Assembly: GCA_963693365.1 (NCBI GenBank)
Contig: CAVNZM010000001.1
Span: 18,090,783-18,154,782, forward strand
Source of the DNA: Amoebidium appalachense
Taxonomy: Eukaryota; Protista; Ichthyosporea
Length of the DNA: 64,000 nucleotides
Direction of reading: 5' to 3'
The notes beneath the pieces were generated by a model that saw nothing but the letters and a program-made list of their open reading frames with translations, made no database searches and was not told the origin of the DNA. Of this stretch, positions 11,952 to 24,280 are shown in pieces; within the stretch, counting starts at the first letter, position 1, and each line of letters starts with the position of its first letter. The translations under genes were made by a program, and so were the position numbers.

Positions 11952-12653
11952 GTTGTGAAGCTATAACGGTGTTTTGGTTTGCACTCTAGATACTGTTACT
12001 TTTTGTTTCCGTTTTGATAGAATTTTGAATACTCGAGAGTCGGTGTAAAAACGATTTCACGGTATTCAAATGCTCAGCTGTGTTGCTCTGATTTGGCTCT
12101 GATTTGTCTCTGAGCATCCTGCGGCTGGCTTTATATACATGGCGGAAGTTTGTCTCCTGATTATTCCTGGTTGGTTCCCGAAAAAAGCAGGCAAAATCCC
12201 GAACATTCCGAAAGTTCCCGAAAAGTAATAATTACACACGGGTTACTATGATGGCCCTCCTGCATGGTTCCTATCATACTTTACAAAATGTAAGCAAAAT
12301 TTCATGGACTAATACTATTTTTTCAGTTTATATAGCCATCTGGAGAAGGCTACATGTAATAAATAATGTCGAGACTCGAAAAGTAAGATAAACAAGAAAC
12401 CCAATTAAACAAGTGCGTTGCAAATCTGTTGTTTGATTGGTTAAGAAGATTCGTTCTGCAACGTTCCGCGCATTCCTGGGGCTGGCTCGATGGGTATATA
12501 AAGCCGCTGAAAGGTGTCGAAGACTTAGAAACAGTTAAGTTGAAGCGACAAGCACAGAGTCAAACACAAGAAGAAAAATCTGTAGAAAAAAGTTCAAAAT
12601 TACAACAGATTTCAGTGTTAACTACATAACTTCCTTTATTTTTACCGGCAAAA
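11952..12653. promoter_or_regulatory. Bidirectional heat-shock promoter shared by BAG (-) and DnaJ (+)
   Basis: Perfect 3-unit HSE cGAAagTTCccGAAa at 12209-12223, preceded by GAAcaTTC at 12201-12208. TATATAAA on - at about 12130-12137 and on + at 12495-12502. CCAAT/ATTGG box at 12436-12440; further GAAnnTTC units at about 12445-12476. Confidence 0.85.
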
Positions 12654-13817
12654 ATGGCCGTTGGTGGTAAAGACTACTATTCCATTCTGGGCGTCCCCAA
12701 GGGCTGCTCTGACGAAGATGCCCTCAAAAAGGCCTACCGCAAGCTGGCCATGAAGTGGCACCCAGACAAGAACGCAAACAACAAGGAGGCCGCCACAAAG
12801 AAATTCCAAGAGATCTCAGAGGCCTACGACGTTCTCTCCGACCCCAAAAAGAGGGAAATTTACGACATGTACGGCGAGGAGGGCCTCAAGGGCGGCATGC
12901 CAGACCCCTCCCACAGCTCGGCCGGTCCCTCCGGCTTCCCGGGTGGATTTGGCGGTCAGCAGGGAGGGCCCAACATGTTCTTCTTCAACGGCGCCGACGG
13001 CGCCGACGGTGGCAGCTACCACTTCTCGCAGCAGGACGCAGACGACATTTTTTGCGCAAATGTTTGGCGGTGGCGCCGGGGGCTTTGCAGACTTGCTGGG
13101 TGGGGCCCAGCCCGGCATCAAGCAGCGCAGGAGGGCAGGCGGAATGTCTGGTGCGGGTCCACGCATGAAAATGCGCACGGGGGGTTCCTTTGGCGGCATG
13201 GGCAGCCAGCAGCATCCCTTTGACCTGACCGGAGACGACGACATGCACATGGACGGCGGGTATGGGACCGGGCCCAGGAGGGCCAAGAACATGGAGGTGG
13301 TGCACCCCCTCAACTGCACCCTCGAGGAGCTGTACGGGGGCGCACGCAAGAAGATGAAGATCACACGCACGGTGGAGGACCCAGTGACGGGCCAGGCGCA
13401 GCAGGAGGCCAAGATCATGGAGGTGGACGTGAGGCCGGGCTGGAAGGAGGGCACAAAGATCAGGTTTGACGGCGCGGGAGACGTCCGTGTGCACCAACCA
13501 CCGCAGGATGTTGTGTTTGTGGTCAAGCAGAAGCCCCACCCGACCTTCACACGTGACGGAGACAACCTTAAATGCACGGTGGCTGTGCACCTTAAAGATG
13601 CACTGCTCGGCAAGTCCGTCAGTGTGCCGACGATCGACGGCCAGGCGCTGCAAACAGTGCGGGGGTTGTGCTGCAGCCGGGCACGAAGGTGTTTGGTGGC
13701 CGGGGCATGCCCAAAAAGGCAGGCGGTAGGGGTGACCTGATTGTGGACTTTAAGGTGCCACTGCCTACAAACCTCACACCAGCACAAAGGCAGAAAATAG
13801 CAGAGGCCCTTTCATAA
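12654..13817 (+). CDS. Class B DnaJ/Hsp40 (Sis1/DNAJB-like), intronless; as assembled it has a +1 frameshift (T6 at 13048-13053) and a -1 frameshift (about 13659)
   Basis: J domain with HPD (KDYYSILGV...[14 protein letters not shown]), G/F region with DDIF, CTD motifs [34 protein letters not shown]. No zinc finger. Could be a pseudogene or carry homopolymer errors. Confidence 0.9.
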
Positions 13818-14249
13818 GTGTTAACCAGTTGATTTTACAATGTCAGTCTAAGACGAATTTACATGTATATATTTGGTGTAAAGTCTTAAGCAGCTGAACG
13901 CAAAAAATTAAAATGTTGGATATTCTTGTTTACAGATATTGCTGGGAAAAAAGGTATGTATGAAACTTTCAAGTTATGATTCATGCTATGTACATAATTG
14001 CAGGAGCTGGACTCTTGTTACCCGATAAATTCAATGCAACCTTATAAAGTAATAGTGAATTTCATGCAAATGCGACACTGCATTGACTTTCAAAGTTATT
14101 GTTGTCAGTTGGGTGTGCAACGACCTAAAGTGTTTGTACTTTTAATGGCTTCATCGATTTTTCAACATATTATTTCATGTCGCATTCACAAAGTTTGGAT
14201 GGTTGATCTTCGCCCCCCTCCCCCCCCTTTCCCTTCCCCCCCCCCCCCT

Positions 14250-14287
<38 letters not shown>

Positions 14288-14670
14288 AGTACAAACATTT
14301 AAGTACACAGAGGCACGTACACACAACACGTGCGCACACACAACTCTCACGCATGTGCGCCAACACACACAACACACACACACATGCAGGTCCGCTCACC
14401 CAAAAAAAATCGTCTCCTGAGACATGGAGCGCCCCCCGTCTCCCCTCCTCCCCTCCCCCCATCCCCCCCCACAACACACTACACATAATACACACACACT
14501 CACACATACACACACACGCACACACACAACATGCCCACACTGTGGCGCGAGCGCACACACAAAACATACACACTCACGACATACACACACCCAAAAAATA
14601 AAAGAGCATTTCCGAGACTGCACCTCCCTCCCCTCCCCCCCCCCCCCCCCCCCCGGCATCCCCCCTCCCC

Positions 14671-14711
<41 letters not shown>

Positions 14712-15109
14712 AAAAAAACTTTGAACACAATCACACACTTGTGTGCGCACGCACGCGTGCACAGCCACGCACGTACGCACACACACATACACACACAAAA
14801 AAAAAAAAAAAAAAAAAAAGACGAAAGACGGGGGGGGGGGGGGGGGGGGGGGGGCGGGCCTCCTCAAGCAGCCCGTGACACTCAGTGCGCCGACACCCCA
14901 AAGCATCTCTGTGTGCACTGCGCGCACGCGCGCGCAGACACACACACACACACGTTTTTTTTTTTTGACTTTTGCCCTTGAGGTTCCTCGCATAACAACA
15001 AACGCTAGAAGAAGTTTGGCATGCATGGTTACAGCTGAGGCGTAGCGGTGATGGTAATGTGTTTGTGTTTGTGTTTTCAAGGTTTTTTTGTTTTTTTTGG
15101 TGGTGGGGT

Positions 15110-15152
<43 letters not shown>

Positions 15153-15606
15153 AGGGGGGCAACCTGCCACATGTGCCTTCAACTCTGCCTCCGAATCAGT
15201 GATTTATGGGGACTAATGGAGAGGGTTGAGTTACACAAAAAGGGGGTGCTCGGATGTGGTCCCCAGAGGGTGTTTGGGGGGGGGAGGGGTAAGGGGGAGA
15301 GGGAAGAAGGTGAGCTGCCACATCAGCGTGTGCTCGTAGTACTGGTTGGTCCTTGCATAGTCTCAGGTGTGTTTGTGTGTGTGTGCCCGCTGAGCATCCA
15401 CGTCCTTCACTTGATTCACTCTATAAGGTATATGTGAACCCTTCGAGCCCAGGGTGCAGACCGCCCTCTTTCAAACAGCTTCCTCCCCCCCCCCCTCACC
15501 CCCCAACCCCCCCTCACCCCCCATACTGGGTCTGGTACCGAATGGGGAATGGGGATAGAACGTGTGGGTGGGTGGGTAGGTTTAGGGTGGGGGGACGAGG
15601 GGGGAA

Positions 15607-15650
<44 letters not shown>

Positions 15651-15723
15651 CTGCTGCCACACGTGCGACCTGCTCCTCCCCCCTCCCCCCCCCCTTCCCC
15701 CCTCCCCCTTTTTTTTTTTTTTT

Positions 15724-15755
<32 letters not shown>

Positions 15756-15834
15756 GAGGGGGGGGGGGGAGGGTAGGTAGGTGATCAGAGGCTATGACCG
15801 GGATGGCGGTGATTGAAGCTTATCATCAGTGCCA

Positions 15835-16230
15835 AAAAAAGAATAACTCTACATTCAATAGAATAACTCAGCATACAGCGGAATCATTCTATGAAGAGCA
15901 AAATTATTCTGTAAAATGCCAAAACCAGAATAACTCTACATTCAATAGAATAACTCAGCAAACAGCAGAATCCTTCTATGAAGGGCAAATTATTCTGTAA
16001 AAAGCAATATTTTCTCTGCTGAGGACAGCAGAACAAGCTTGCTCCAAACAGAACGGCAGAGACTGCTTTTAGCAGAATTCCCCAACCAGTTTAAAAAATT
16101 ATTTTGCTTCTGGCAGAATTAATCTGCAATGGAATTTATTCGGCAAACCACAGACCCGTTCTGTTAGGAGCAGATTTATTCTGTACATGTGCGGAGGAGA
16201 TTGAATCTGCTGATGTGATTGGGCCCTCAC
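15835..16230. repeat. Second copy of the GCAGAAT/ATTCTG-repeat element, with an internal 87-bp tandem duplication
   Basis: AGAATAACTCTACATTCAATAGAATAACTCAGCA occurs twice (about 15840 and 15927); ends CTGCTGATGTGATTGGGCCCTCA like 8023-8045. Confidence 0.55.
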
Positions 16231-16300
16231 AAATTTCGGCATCATGCCGTCCCCCGTGCATTGACACAGCCTTAAGCTAGGCATGCGGGTTGCCCCCCCT

Positions 16301-16332
<32 letters not shown>

Positions 16333-16661
16333 CTGCCCTCCTTCACCTTCCCTCCCCGCTCCACACCCACTCTGTCCCTTCAAAACTCTTACCCGTCTCC
16401 CCACAAAATACCTTCGACCCCAGATCACACCCAAGCCCCACTCCCCCCACTCCCCCCCCCCCCCCGCCCCCTGTCCTCCCCCCCGTCCTGCCCCCCCCCC
16501 CCCCCCTCCCCTCCCTGCTCCCCCCCTCCCCCTCCTCCGTCCAGCTTCCCCTCCCTAGCTTTCTTCCCTTCCTCCCACCCCTCCACCCCTCCACCCCCAC
16601 ACCCACCCATAACACACCAGAAAGAGGCTATCCCTCTTACCCACCAGGTCGCAACCCCCCC

Positions 16662-16692
<31 letters not shown>

Positions 16693-16734
16693 GGGAGCCC
16701 CCTGGACACCTGTTCTCCTTCCCCCCCCCCCCTC

Positions 16735-16765
<31 letters not shown>

Positions 16766-17446
16766 CCGGGAGCCCCCTGGACACCTATATATTCTCCTTT
16801 TTTTTTCCACTCATCGAAGCTGTTAACGTCTTATCCGCAGGACCTTATTCGGCCCTTTATACGGGGCTGGTGGAACAATTTTGTTCGTTTTTCACCCAGT
16901 AGACCTCAGTGGACTCCATAGCAGATCCATTATACATGTATACGTACTGTAGTAGGCTGATCGCTAATTTTGATTAAGGCTATCTAGGCATTGAATTGAC
17001 TTTTTTTGTGCACCGCTGTTTCTGCTGCCTTGAGGATAAACCTCTTCTAACGTCAAACATGACTAAAGTAGCCACCATACCACTGTACATAGATGCAGTC
17101 ATATATCACTGTGCAAAGCACACCGAATGAAAAGACTTCAGCCCATCCAAATAATCCAGAGATAACCATGTGCCCATTGTGGGACCCGAGAGTTAATACC
17201 ACCCAAACAACCCTTAAATTGTGAATCTTTCTTTAGCTGGTCTTCTGTGAGAACCCCCATCTCGGTCTCATCTCTATTGTAGCCCGTTCTTGGATATGTG
17301 TATTTAAACTGAGACACCTACTGACTTAATTCCAAGTTCTTGGATATACGTGAATATACTAGTCACCTACTAACTTACTATCAGAACCATGACCAATTTT
17401 TTGCATACGGCCCCAAAACCAAACCTGCCCAGCCTGTATCGTTTAA

Positions 17447-17850
17447 TTCTGGTTGTCAATGAACCGATTTTTGGATATACTAATAATGCATGCCGTTGTA
17501 TTCTGGTGTAAAGATGTTAGGATATACTAAAAACACCTGTCGTTTGATTCTGGTGCAACCAATTTTAGATACATTAGTTTGATCAAGGTGCAACCAATTT
17601 TTAGATATGCTAAAAGTATATGTCGTTAAATTCTGGTGCAGCCGATTTTTGGATATACTAATTCGTATAACGTAAAATTCAGGTGTAACAGTTTTTGGAC
17701 ATACTACAAATGCATGTTGTTTGATTCTGGTGCAACCGATTTTTAATCTACTTTTGACGTATGAAATACTAGTTTGATTCTGGTGTAACCGATTTTTGAA
17801 TATACTAAAAACGTATGTCGTTTTCTGGTGCAACCGATTTTTAAATATAC
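17447..17850. repeat. Degenerate tandem array of about 9 units (about 35-55 bp), core TTCTGGTGCAACCGATTTTTGGATATACTAA
   Basis: The core recurs at irregular but similar spacing, separated by related AT-rich linkers. Confidence 0.8.
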
Positions 17851-17924
17851 AAATAATGTATGCGGCTGAGGGTGTCCCTGAACGGCTCACACCAAGTCGC
17901 AGAATTAGCATGAGTCATCCCCTT

Positions 17925-17955
<31 letters not shown>

Positions 17956-18159
17956 GGGGGGGGGGGGGGGGGGCAGAAAACCATACACAAACACAAACAC
18001 CACTGATCGGCAAAAAATTATAATTTTAACTCCGGTCCAACCACTATTTTAACTCCGGTCCAACCACTTATATCCATGGTTTCTACCAACCTATTTCGCT
18101 TCACATCTGGCATGACCCATCTTTAAAATAGATATGTACCGCACAGAATTGTAAAACCT

Positions 18160-18344
18160 TCACGCATGCATGCGTCGTGCGTGCATGCGTACGTGTGTGC
18201 GTGTGTGCGTGTGTGCGTGTGTGCGTGTGTGTGTGCGTGCGTGCGTGCTTGCGCGCGTGCATGCGTGCATGCGTGCGTGCGTGCGTGCGTACGTGGTGGT
18301 GTGTGTGAGTGTATGTTTTTAGTGTTTGTGTGTATGTGTGTGTG

Positions 18345-18431
<87 letters not shown>

Positions 18432-18593
18432 GGTAGGTGGGTGGGCGGGTGGATTATGGGGGCAAGGGGGAAGCATTCTTCACTTCTTTCTTGTATTTTC
18501 TTTTTTCTTTTTTTTTTCCCTATTTTTTTTGTGTGTGTGTGTGCGTGTGTTGGCCGTGCGTACGTCTGCATTTGTGTGTGTTTGTGTATGTTC

Positions 18594-18625
<32 letters not shown>

Positions 18626-18852
18626 GTGCGTGTGTGCGTGTGTGCGTGTGTGCGTGCGTGTGTGCGTGCGTGTGTGCGCGCATGCCTGCCTGCCCGTGTG
18701 TGTCTGTGTGTGTGCGTGCCGCGCGGGCGTGCGTGCGCGCGCGTGTCTGTGCGTGTCTGTGCGTGTGTGTGTGCGTGTGTGTGTGCGTGTGCGTGTGCGT
18801 GTGTGCGTGCGTGTGTGCGTGCGTGTGTGTGTGTGTGTCTGTGTGTGTGTGT

Positions 18853-18924
<72 letters not shown>

Positions 18925-19015
18925 CGTGCGTGCTTGCGTGTGTTTGCATGTGCACACGTGTGTGTGTGTGTGTGTGTGGTGGGTGGGTAGATGGGTGGTG
19001 TGTGTGTGTGTGTGT
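18160..19015. repeat. Compound (TG)n/(TGCG)n microsatellite field
   Basis: Seen directly in the sequence. Confidence 0.95.
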
Positions 19016-19930
19016 ATGGTGGGGGAGGGTTATGAATTTCTAAGAAGCCATTCTTCTCCTCTTCTTCTTTCAGTTTCACTTTTTTTTGTTTTTTTGGGTG
19101 GTGGTGGTGGTTTTGTCGTTGTTTGAGGGGGAGGGGGGGGGGGGGGGGGAGGGGGGGGGGGGGGGGGGGGAACTACGTTATCTACCCAAAAACCAATCCT
19201 TGATCTTGATTTAAAGAGTGAAGTTTTTTATTTTTTTATTTTTTTTGGGGGGGGGGGGTATGGGGGGGGGGGAGGGGGGAGGGGAAGGGGGGGGAGGGGG
19301 GAAGAGAAGGGAGGATGCATATCTCAAGACCGTTTTTCTCTTCTTCTTCCTTTCGAAAGACACTTTCTTTTTTTGGGGGGTAGGGAGGGGGGGGAGGGGG
19401 AGGGGGGAAGGTGACCTTTATTTTACCCCCGAAAGGCATTAAGGGGTCCCTTAATCTTGAGTTAAATAACTTAGTTTTCTTTTCAAATTCATATTGGGGA
19501 GGGGGGAGGGGGGAGGGGGGAGATAGAGAAAGGCGTGTGTGTGGGTGTGTGGGTGGGGTTGGGGGGGGGGGGGGGGGCACCTAGACCACGGCAATATGGA
19601 GTAAGGGTTTTTAAACAGTAACAACAGAAAAGGTATCAGAGACCTAGTACGATCAAACACATGCCGAAAATAATGTGCTGCATGATAACTGCAATAACTT
19701 TAAGTATACCCCCATATTTGCATTTATTTATAGAGTGTGGCAAGAGTCCAGCTCCTGCTTTTATTTATAACACCTTAAGCTTTTAAAATAACTTATTTGT
19801 GGCCTAACGGTTCTAAATGTCTTCAGCTATGAGCTGGTATTAAATGATTGGGGCTGTTGCATAGTATACACCGAGAACATATACAGTCAAATTCGTTTCA
19901 GATTTACAGATACGTAATGAATAAACTATT

Positions 19931-20816
19931 TTATGAAAGGGCCTCTGCTAACTTTTGTTTTTGTGCTGGTGTGAGGTTTGTATCCACAATCAGGTCACCC
20001 CTACCGCCTGCCTTTTTGGGCATGCCCCGGCCACCAAACACCTTCGTGCCCGGCTGCAGCACAACCCCCGCCACTGTTTGCAGCGCCTGGCCGTCGATCG
20101 TCGGCACACTGACGGACTTGCCGAGCAGTGCATCTTTAAGGTGCACAGCCACCGTGCATTTAAGGTTGTCTCCGTCACGTGTGAAGATCGGGTGGGGCTT
20201 CTGCTTGACCACAAACACAACATCCTGCGGTGGTTGGTGTCCACGGACGTCTCCCGCACCGTCAAACCTGATCTTTGTGCCCTCCTTCCAGCCTGGCCTC
20301 ACGTCCACCTCCATGATCTTGGCCTCCTGCTGCGCCTGGCCCGTCACTGGGTCCTCAACCGTGCGTGTGATCATCTTCTTGCGTGCGCCCCCGTACAGCT
20401 CTTCGAGGGTGCAGTTGAGGGGGTGCACCACCTCCATGTTCTTGGCCCTCCTGGGCCCGGTCCCATACCCGCCGTCCATGTGCATGTCGTCGTCTCCGGT
20501 CAGGTCAAAGGGATGCTGTTGGCTGCTCATGCCGCCAAAGGAACCCCCCGTGCGCATTTTCATGCGTGGACCCGCACCAGACATTCCGCCTGCCCTCCTG
20601 CGCTGCTTGATGCCGGGCTGGGCCCCACCCAGCAAGTCTGCAAAGCCCCCGGCGCCACCGCCAAACATTTGCGCAAAAAATGTCGTCTGCGTCCTGCTGC
20701 GAGAAGTGGTAGCTGCCACCGTCGGCGCCGTCGGCGCCGTTGAAGAAGAACATGTTGGGCCCTCCCTGCTGACCGCCAAATCCACCCGGGAAGCCGGAGG
20801 GACCCGCCGAGCTGTG
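19931..20816 (-). pseudogene. DnaJ copy 2, 5'-truncated (no J domain or proximal promoter)
   Basis: Near-identical to about 12912-13817 in inverted orientation. Homology stops at 20816. It has a 3-bp (KKMKITR to KKMITR) and an 18-bp (FKVPLP) in-frame deletion and shares the T6 frameshift (A6 at 20675-20680). Confidence 0.9.
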
Positions 20817-21140
20817 CGGCACACTTCTTCGAGACTGTTTGTGCCGCACGCGACGCGTGCAGCCCACTGCCCGCACGGCTGTATGCCGGATCTACAAGAT
20901 CTACAATACTCTGGGCTATTATAATGGCTGTAGCTAGTCTATCAGTGGCCCAAGAGATCCAGATTTTAGATCCTCGGCCGCTGGCGTCAGCGTCTGAGCC
21001 TCGTGAGCAGCCTACGTGCTTACGTGCGCCGGGACACTACTGTACGGGTGTCGTATGGCACAGGCATTGTGTGTATGTGTGTGTGTGCCGAAGGCTTCAG
21101 GCCCGTCAGCGTGCCCCCTGCGGAGTCAAGAAATGGCTAG
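20817..21140 (+). mobile_element. Foreign 324-bp segment replacing the DnaJ-2 5' end; Helitron-like 3' terminus
   Basis: No match to copy 1. Ends in an imperfect GC hairpin (CCGTCAG...CTGCGG) about 13 nt before CTAG|T, exactly where homology to the copy-1 promoter resumes (21141). Confidence 0.4.
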
Positions 21141-21553
21141 TATTACATGTAGCCTTCCCCGGGTGGCTATAAAAAAGATACTGGCAGGCGAAAAACTAAA
21201 AAAAATTATTAGACAATCAATAATTTCTTACATTTTGCGAAGTATGATAGGAGATGATGCAGGAGGGCCATCATAGTAACCCGTGTGTATAAGTACTCTC
21301 GGGAACATTTCGGAATGTTCGGGGGTTTGCTTGTTTTTTCGGGAACCAATCAGGAACAACCAGGAGACAAACTTCCGCCAAGTATATAAAGCCAGCCGCC
21401 GGATGCTCAGAGCCAAATCAGAGCAGATCAGAGCAGCACGACTGAGCATTTGACACCGTTTACACCGACTCTCGAGTATTCAAAGTTTTTAACAGAACAG
21501 AAAGAAAAAACAACAGTATCTACAATCCAAAACACCGTTATATCAATCACAAC
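21141..21553 (+). promoter_or_regulatory. Heat-shock promoter of BAG copy 2
   Basis: HSE gGAAcaTTtcgGAAtgTTCg at 21302-21321, TTCggGAA at 21338-21345, CCAAT at 21346-21350, TATATAAA at 21383-21390; inverted homolog of about 11952-12360. Confidence 0.85.
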
Positions 21554-22522
21554 ATGGATTTCTTGCTTCAAAACCCGCACTTTGCGCATCAAAGCGAGCG
21601 ATCCCCTTTTGAACGTCATTACGGCTACCGCCACCCCCGTTATGCCTATGATGAAGATATGTACGGGTCACCCTTTGGCCCATCCTTCTGGCAGCCAAAA
21701 TACGGGCGCATAAGCCAGCACGACAGGCAGCAGCGTGCGTACCTGCAGGCAACGAGGGTCAGAGACCAGGCCGAGTATGAGCAGAGGCAGAGGGAAGAGT
21801 TCGAGCAGGCACAGAGACAACGATATTTGGAGCAGCTGAGCAGACACACACCGCGTTCAGTAAAAATAGATGGGAATGTGGAGCTACCCCCTGAGAACTA
21901 CGAACCTACACCCATGGACGTTGAGTCGGACACCCCGGCTCCAATAACGGATAAAACGCAAGCGACCCCAGCCACGTCGAACACAGAGCAGCCTACGCTG
22001 TCCGAAAAACGTCGGAGCAATCGTCCCCGGCCAACCAAGGCTGAGCGGCGCAGGCGGCGTACTGCAGCCACCTTAATTCAAACATGGTGGCGTGCTCTGC
22101 TTCAACAGAGGGACACACACATGCCGGATGCCACAGAAGTTACCACTGGAGTAGACAGGATGGACGAGGCTGCACGAATCATCACACAGGCAGTGCGCAA
22201 GGTTGCTGTCCGCAAAACAACGGCAAGAGTTGTTAGGCAAATCAAGCAACTTAGCGGCATAGCGGCTGAAGCAGGCACACTGCGCACAGAGTTTTACGAC
22301 AAGGTGTTCACCAAGCCGGTGTACAACGAGAAGGGGAAGGTCAACTACGCGCTGCTGGGGTATGTGGACATGCTGGAGAAGCTGATCATCAAGACGGATG
22401 ACGTCCCAACGTACGGCCAGGAGCGTGTGCGGCAGCAGAGGAAGGCCACGGTCAAACACATCCAGTCGCTGCTGGAAGAGGCCGACAGTTACAGACATAG
22501 CGGACCACAGCGTGCTGCATAA
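21554..22522 (+). CDS. BAG-domain Hsp70 co-chaperone with IQ motif, copy 2 (322 aa, intronless, intact)
   Basis: Uninterrupted ORF; IQ motif AATLIQTWWR; BAG domain nearly identical to copy 1; native C-terminus YRHSGPQRAA. Confidence 0.88.
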   Translation: MDFLLQNPHFAHQSERSPFERHYGYRHPRYAYDEDMYGSPFGPSFWQPKYGRISQHDRQQRAYLQATRVRDQAEYEQRQREEFEQAQRQRYLEQLSRHTPRSVKIDGNVELPPENYEPTPMDVESDTPAPITDKTQATPATSNTEQPTLSEKRRSNRPRPTKAERRRRRTAATLIQTWWRALLQQRDTHMPDATEVTTGVDRMDEAARIITQAVRKVAVRKTTARVVRQIKQLSGIAAEAGTLRTEFYDKVFTKPVYNEKGKVNYALLGYVDMLEKLIIKTDDVPTYGQERVRQQRKATVKHIQSLLEEADSYRHSGPQRAA

Positions 22523-23939
22523 ACGACATATATAGACTGTTTGTACATGCAGGTAGCTATCGGTATCTGTTGGTCACCGGTGTGGAGCTTATTGCCATCA
22601 CTAAAATTTAGTTTAATGTTACTTCAGTGACTAAATACGTCAAATATTGTAGCCTATGATTTTGAATTGAGTTGTCAATAAATACTATAAAAATTCTGAA
22701 TTGTTTCAGTTAAGACACCTGGTTATGCCTTTAATAATAATACACATTAATAATACGGGATTCGAAAAATGCACTGATAACGATTTTTCGTGAATTCGTG
22801 CGCACACGGTGCTGGACACCACAACCACAGACACAACAAGGCACTCGTGCCTGCCAGTGGGCAAATCATTAACACACTGATACACACACTGTGGCACCGT
22901 AACATGTATACGTTGCCTCACGGCCCCCGTCTTGACCTACTATATCACACAGTCATGATTTACTATCAGTGACACAGGAATACTCATATCGAGTCACATA
23001 AGCAGCTTTTCCGCAAAAAAAAAAGCAACCACTCTCTTGTGACTAGTATTCGTTTTTTTTAAGTATACATAGGGTGACCCAACTACCCTGCCAAAATACA
23101 TGTTTACACTTATCACAATTGCAAAAGTCTGATACATACAAACCGATGCATGGACCGTCATTATAAACACGTTTACAATCAACTCATACACGGCCAACAT
23201 ATGTTGATTACCGCGTTTTTTTATTAGTCACCAAATCCGTCTTTTTCTACATATGTACAGTACAACACAGGGCGCAGTGTATATACGTCACCATGGGCTT
23301 TAGTACACAAACAGAGTCCACGATTTGCCTACATTTGCCTCGTATCCAGCCCAGGCACGTACTAGACTGTTCCCTCTAGCCTACAGGATATTCGACAATT
23401 CGACACTGGCTGAGCAAGGTTAGGAGAGTCACGTGATCAGTCGCTCTCCGGACAGTTTGGCCCTTGAAAAGTAGGCACTACCTCCAAAGGTAGCTGTGTC
23501 CAGCCCAGTTACACACTGTGCGAAAAGTACATGCCTGCCTGACGTCATGCACTTGCTCAAACACACGCACAGCCAGAAGTACCCAGACCATTCTCTCAAC
23601 ACATCCTAACATCTAGATAGATCTACAAACAGCACACCCCAATTAGCCCCAGACAAATTGACAACCATGAAGACTTATTTTTTTCCTTCTTTTTTTCTTC
23701 TTCTCCCCCCCCCCCCCCCCCCCCCCTTTTTTTTTTTTTTTTTAATTTTTGATTTTTTCCCCTTTTCCTTTTTGTTCGTTTTCTACCTTTTTCTTCGTTT
23801 TTTTCCTGTTTTTTTTTTCCCCCTTCTCTTCTGCTTCTTCTTTTTTTCGTTCCCCCTTTCCCCACATTCCCCCTTTTCTTTCTTTTCCTTTCTTTTCTTT
23901 TTTCCCCTTGAAAGTTTGTTCATTTTCTCGCTTTTTCTT

Positions 23940-23997
<58 letters not shown>

Positions 23998-24245
23998 CTT
24001 CCCGTTTTTCTTCTTCTTTTTTTACAATTCTTTTTTGTTTTTCTATCTCCTCCTCCTTTTTTTTTTTTTTTTTTTTTCCCCGTCCGTCCCCCCCCCCCCT
24101 GGCTGTTTTCTTCGTGTGTGCGGATGTACGGTGTGTGCTGTGTGTGTTCTTGTGTGGAGAGAGAGTGTGTGTGTTTCTGTGGGGAGGGACGGGGAGGAGG
24201 TGGAGAGGGGGTGGGGAAGAGGCGGGTAGGCGGGCAGGCTCCGGG

Positions 24246-24280
<35 letters not shown>

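Noticed and set aside
17447-17850. CRISPR-like repeat-spacer appearance
   Set aside because: The repeats are degenerate, the linkers resemble each other, there are no cas genes, and the context is eukaryotic.
14200-19600. Many His/Thr, Cys/Val, poly-Pro and poly-Gly ORFs here and across the window
   Set aside because: They are translations of (CA)n, (TG)n and homopolymer tracts.
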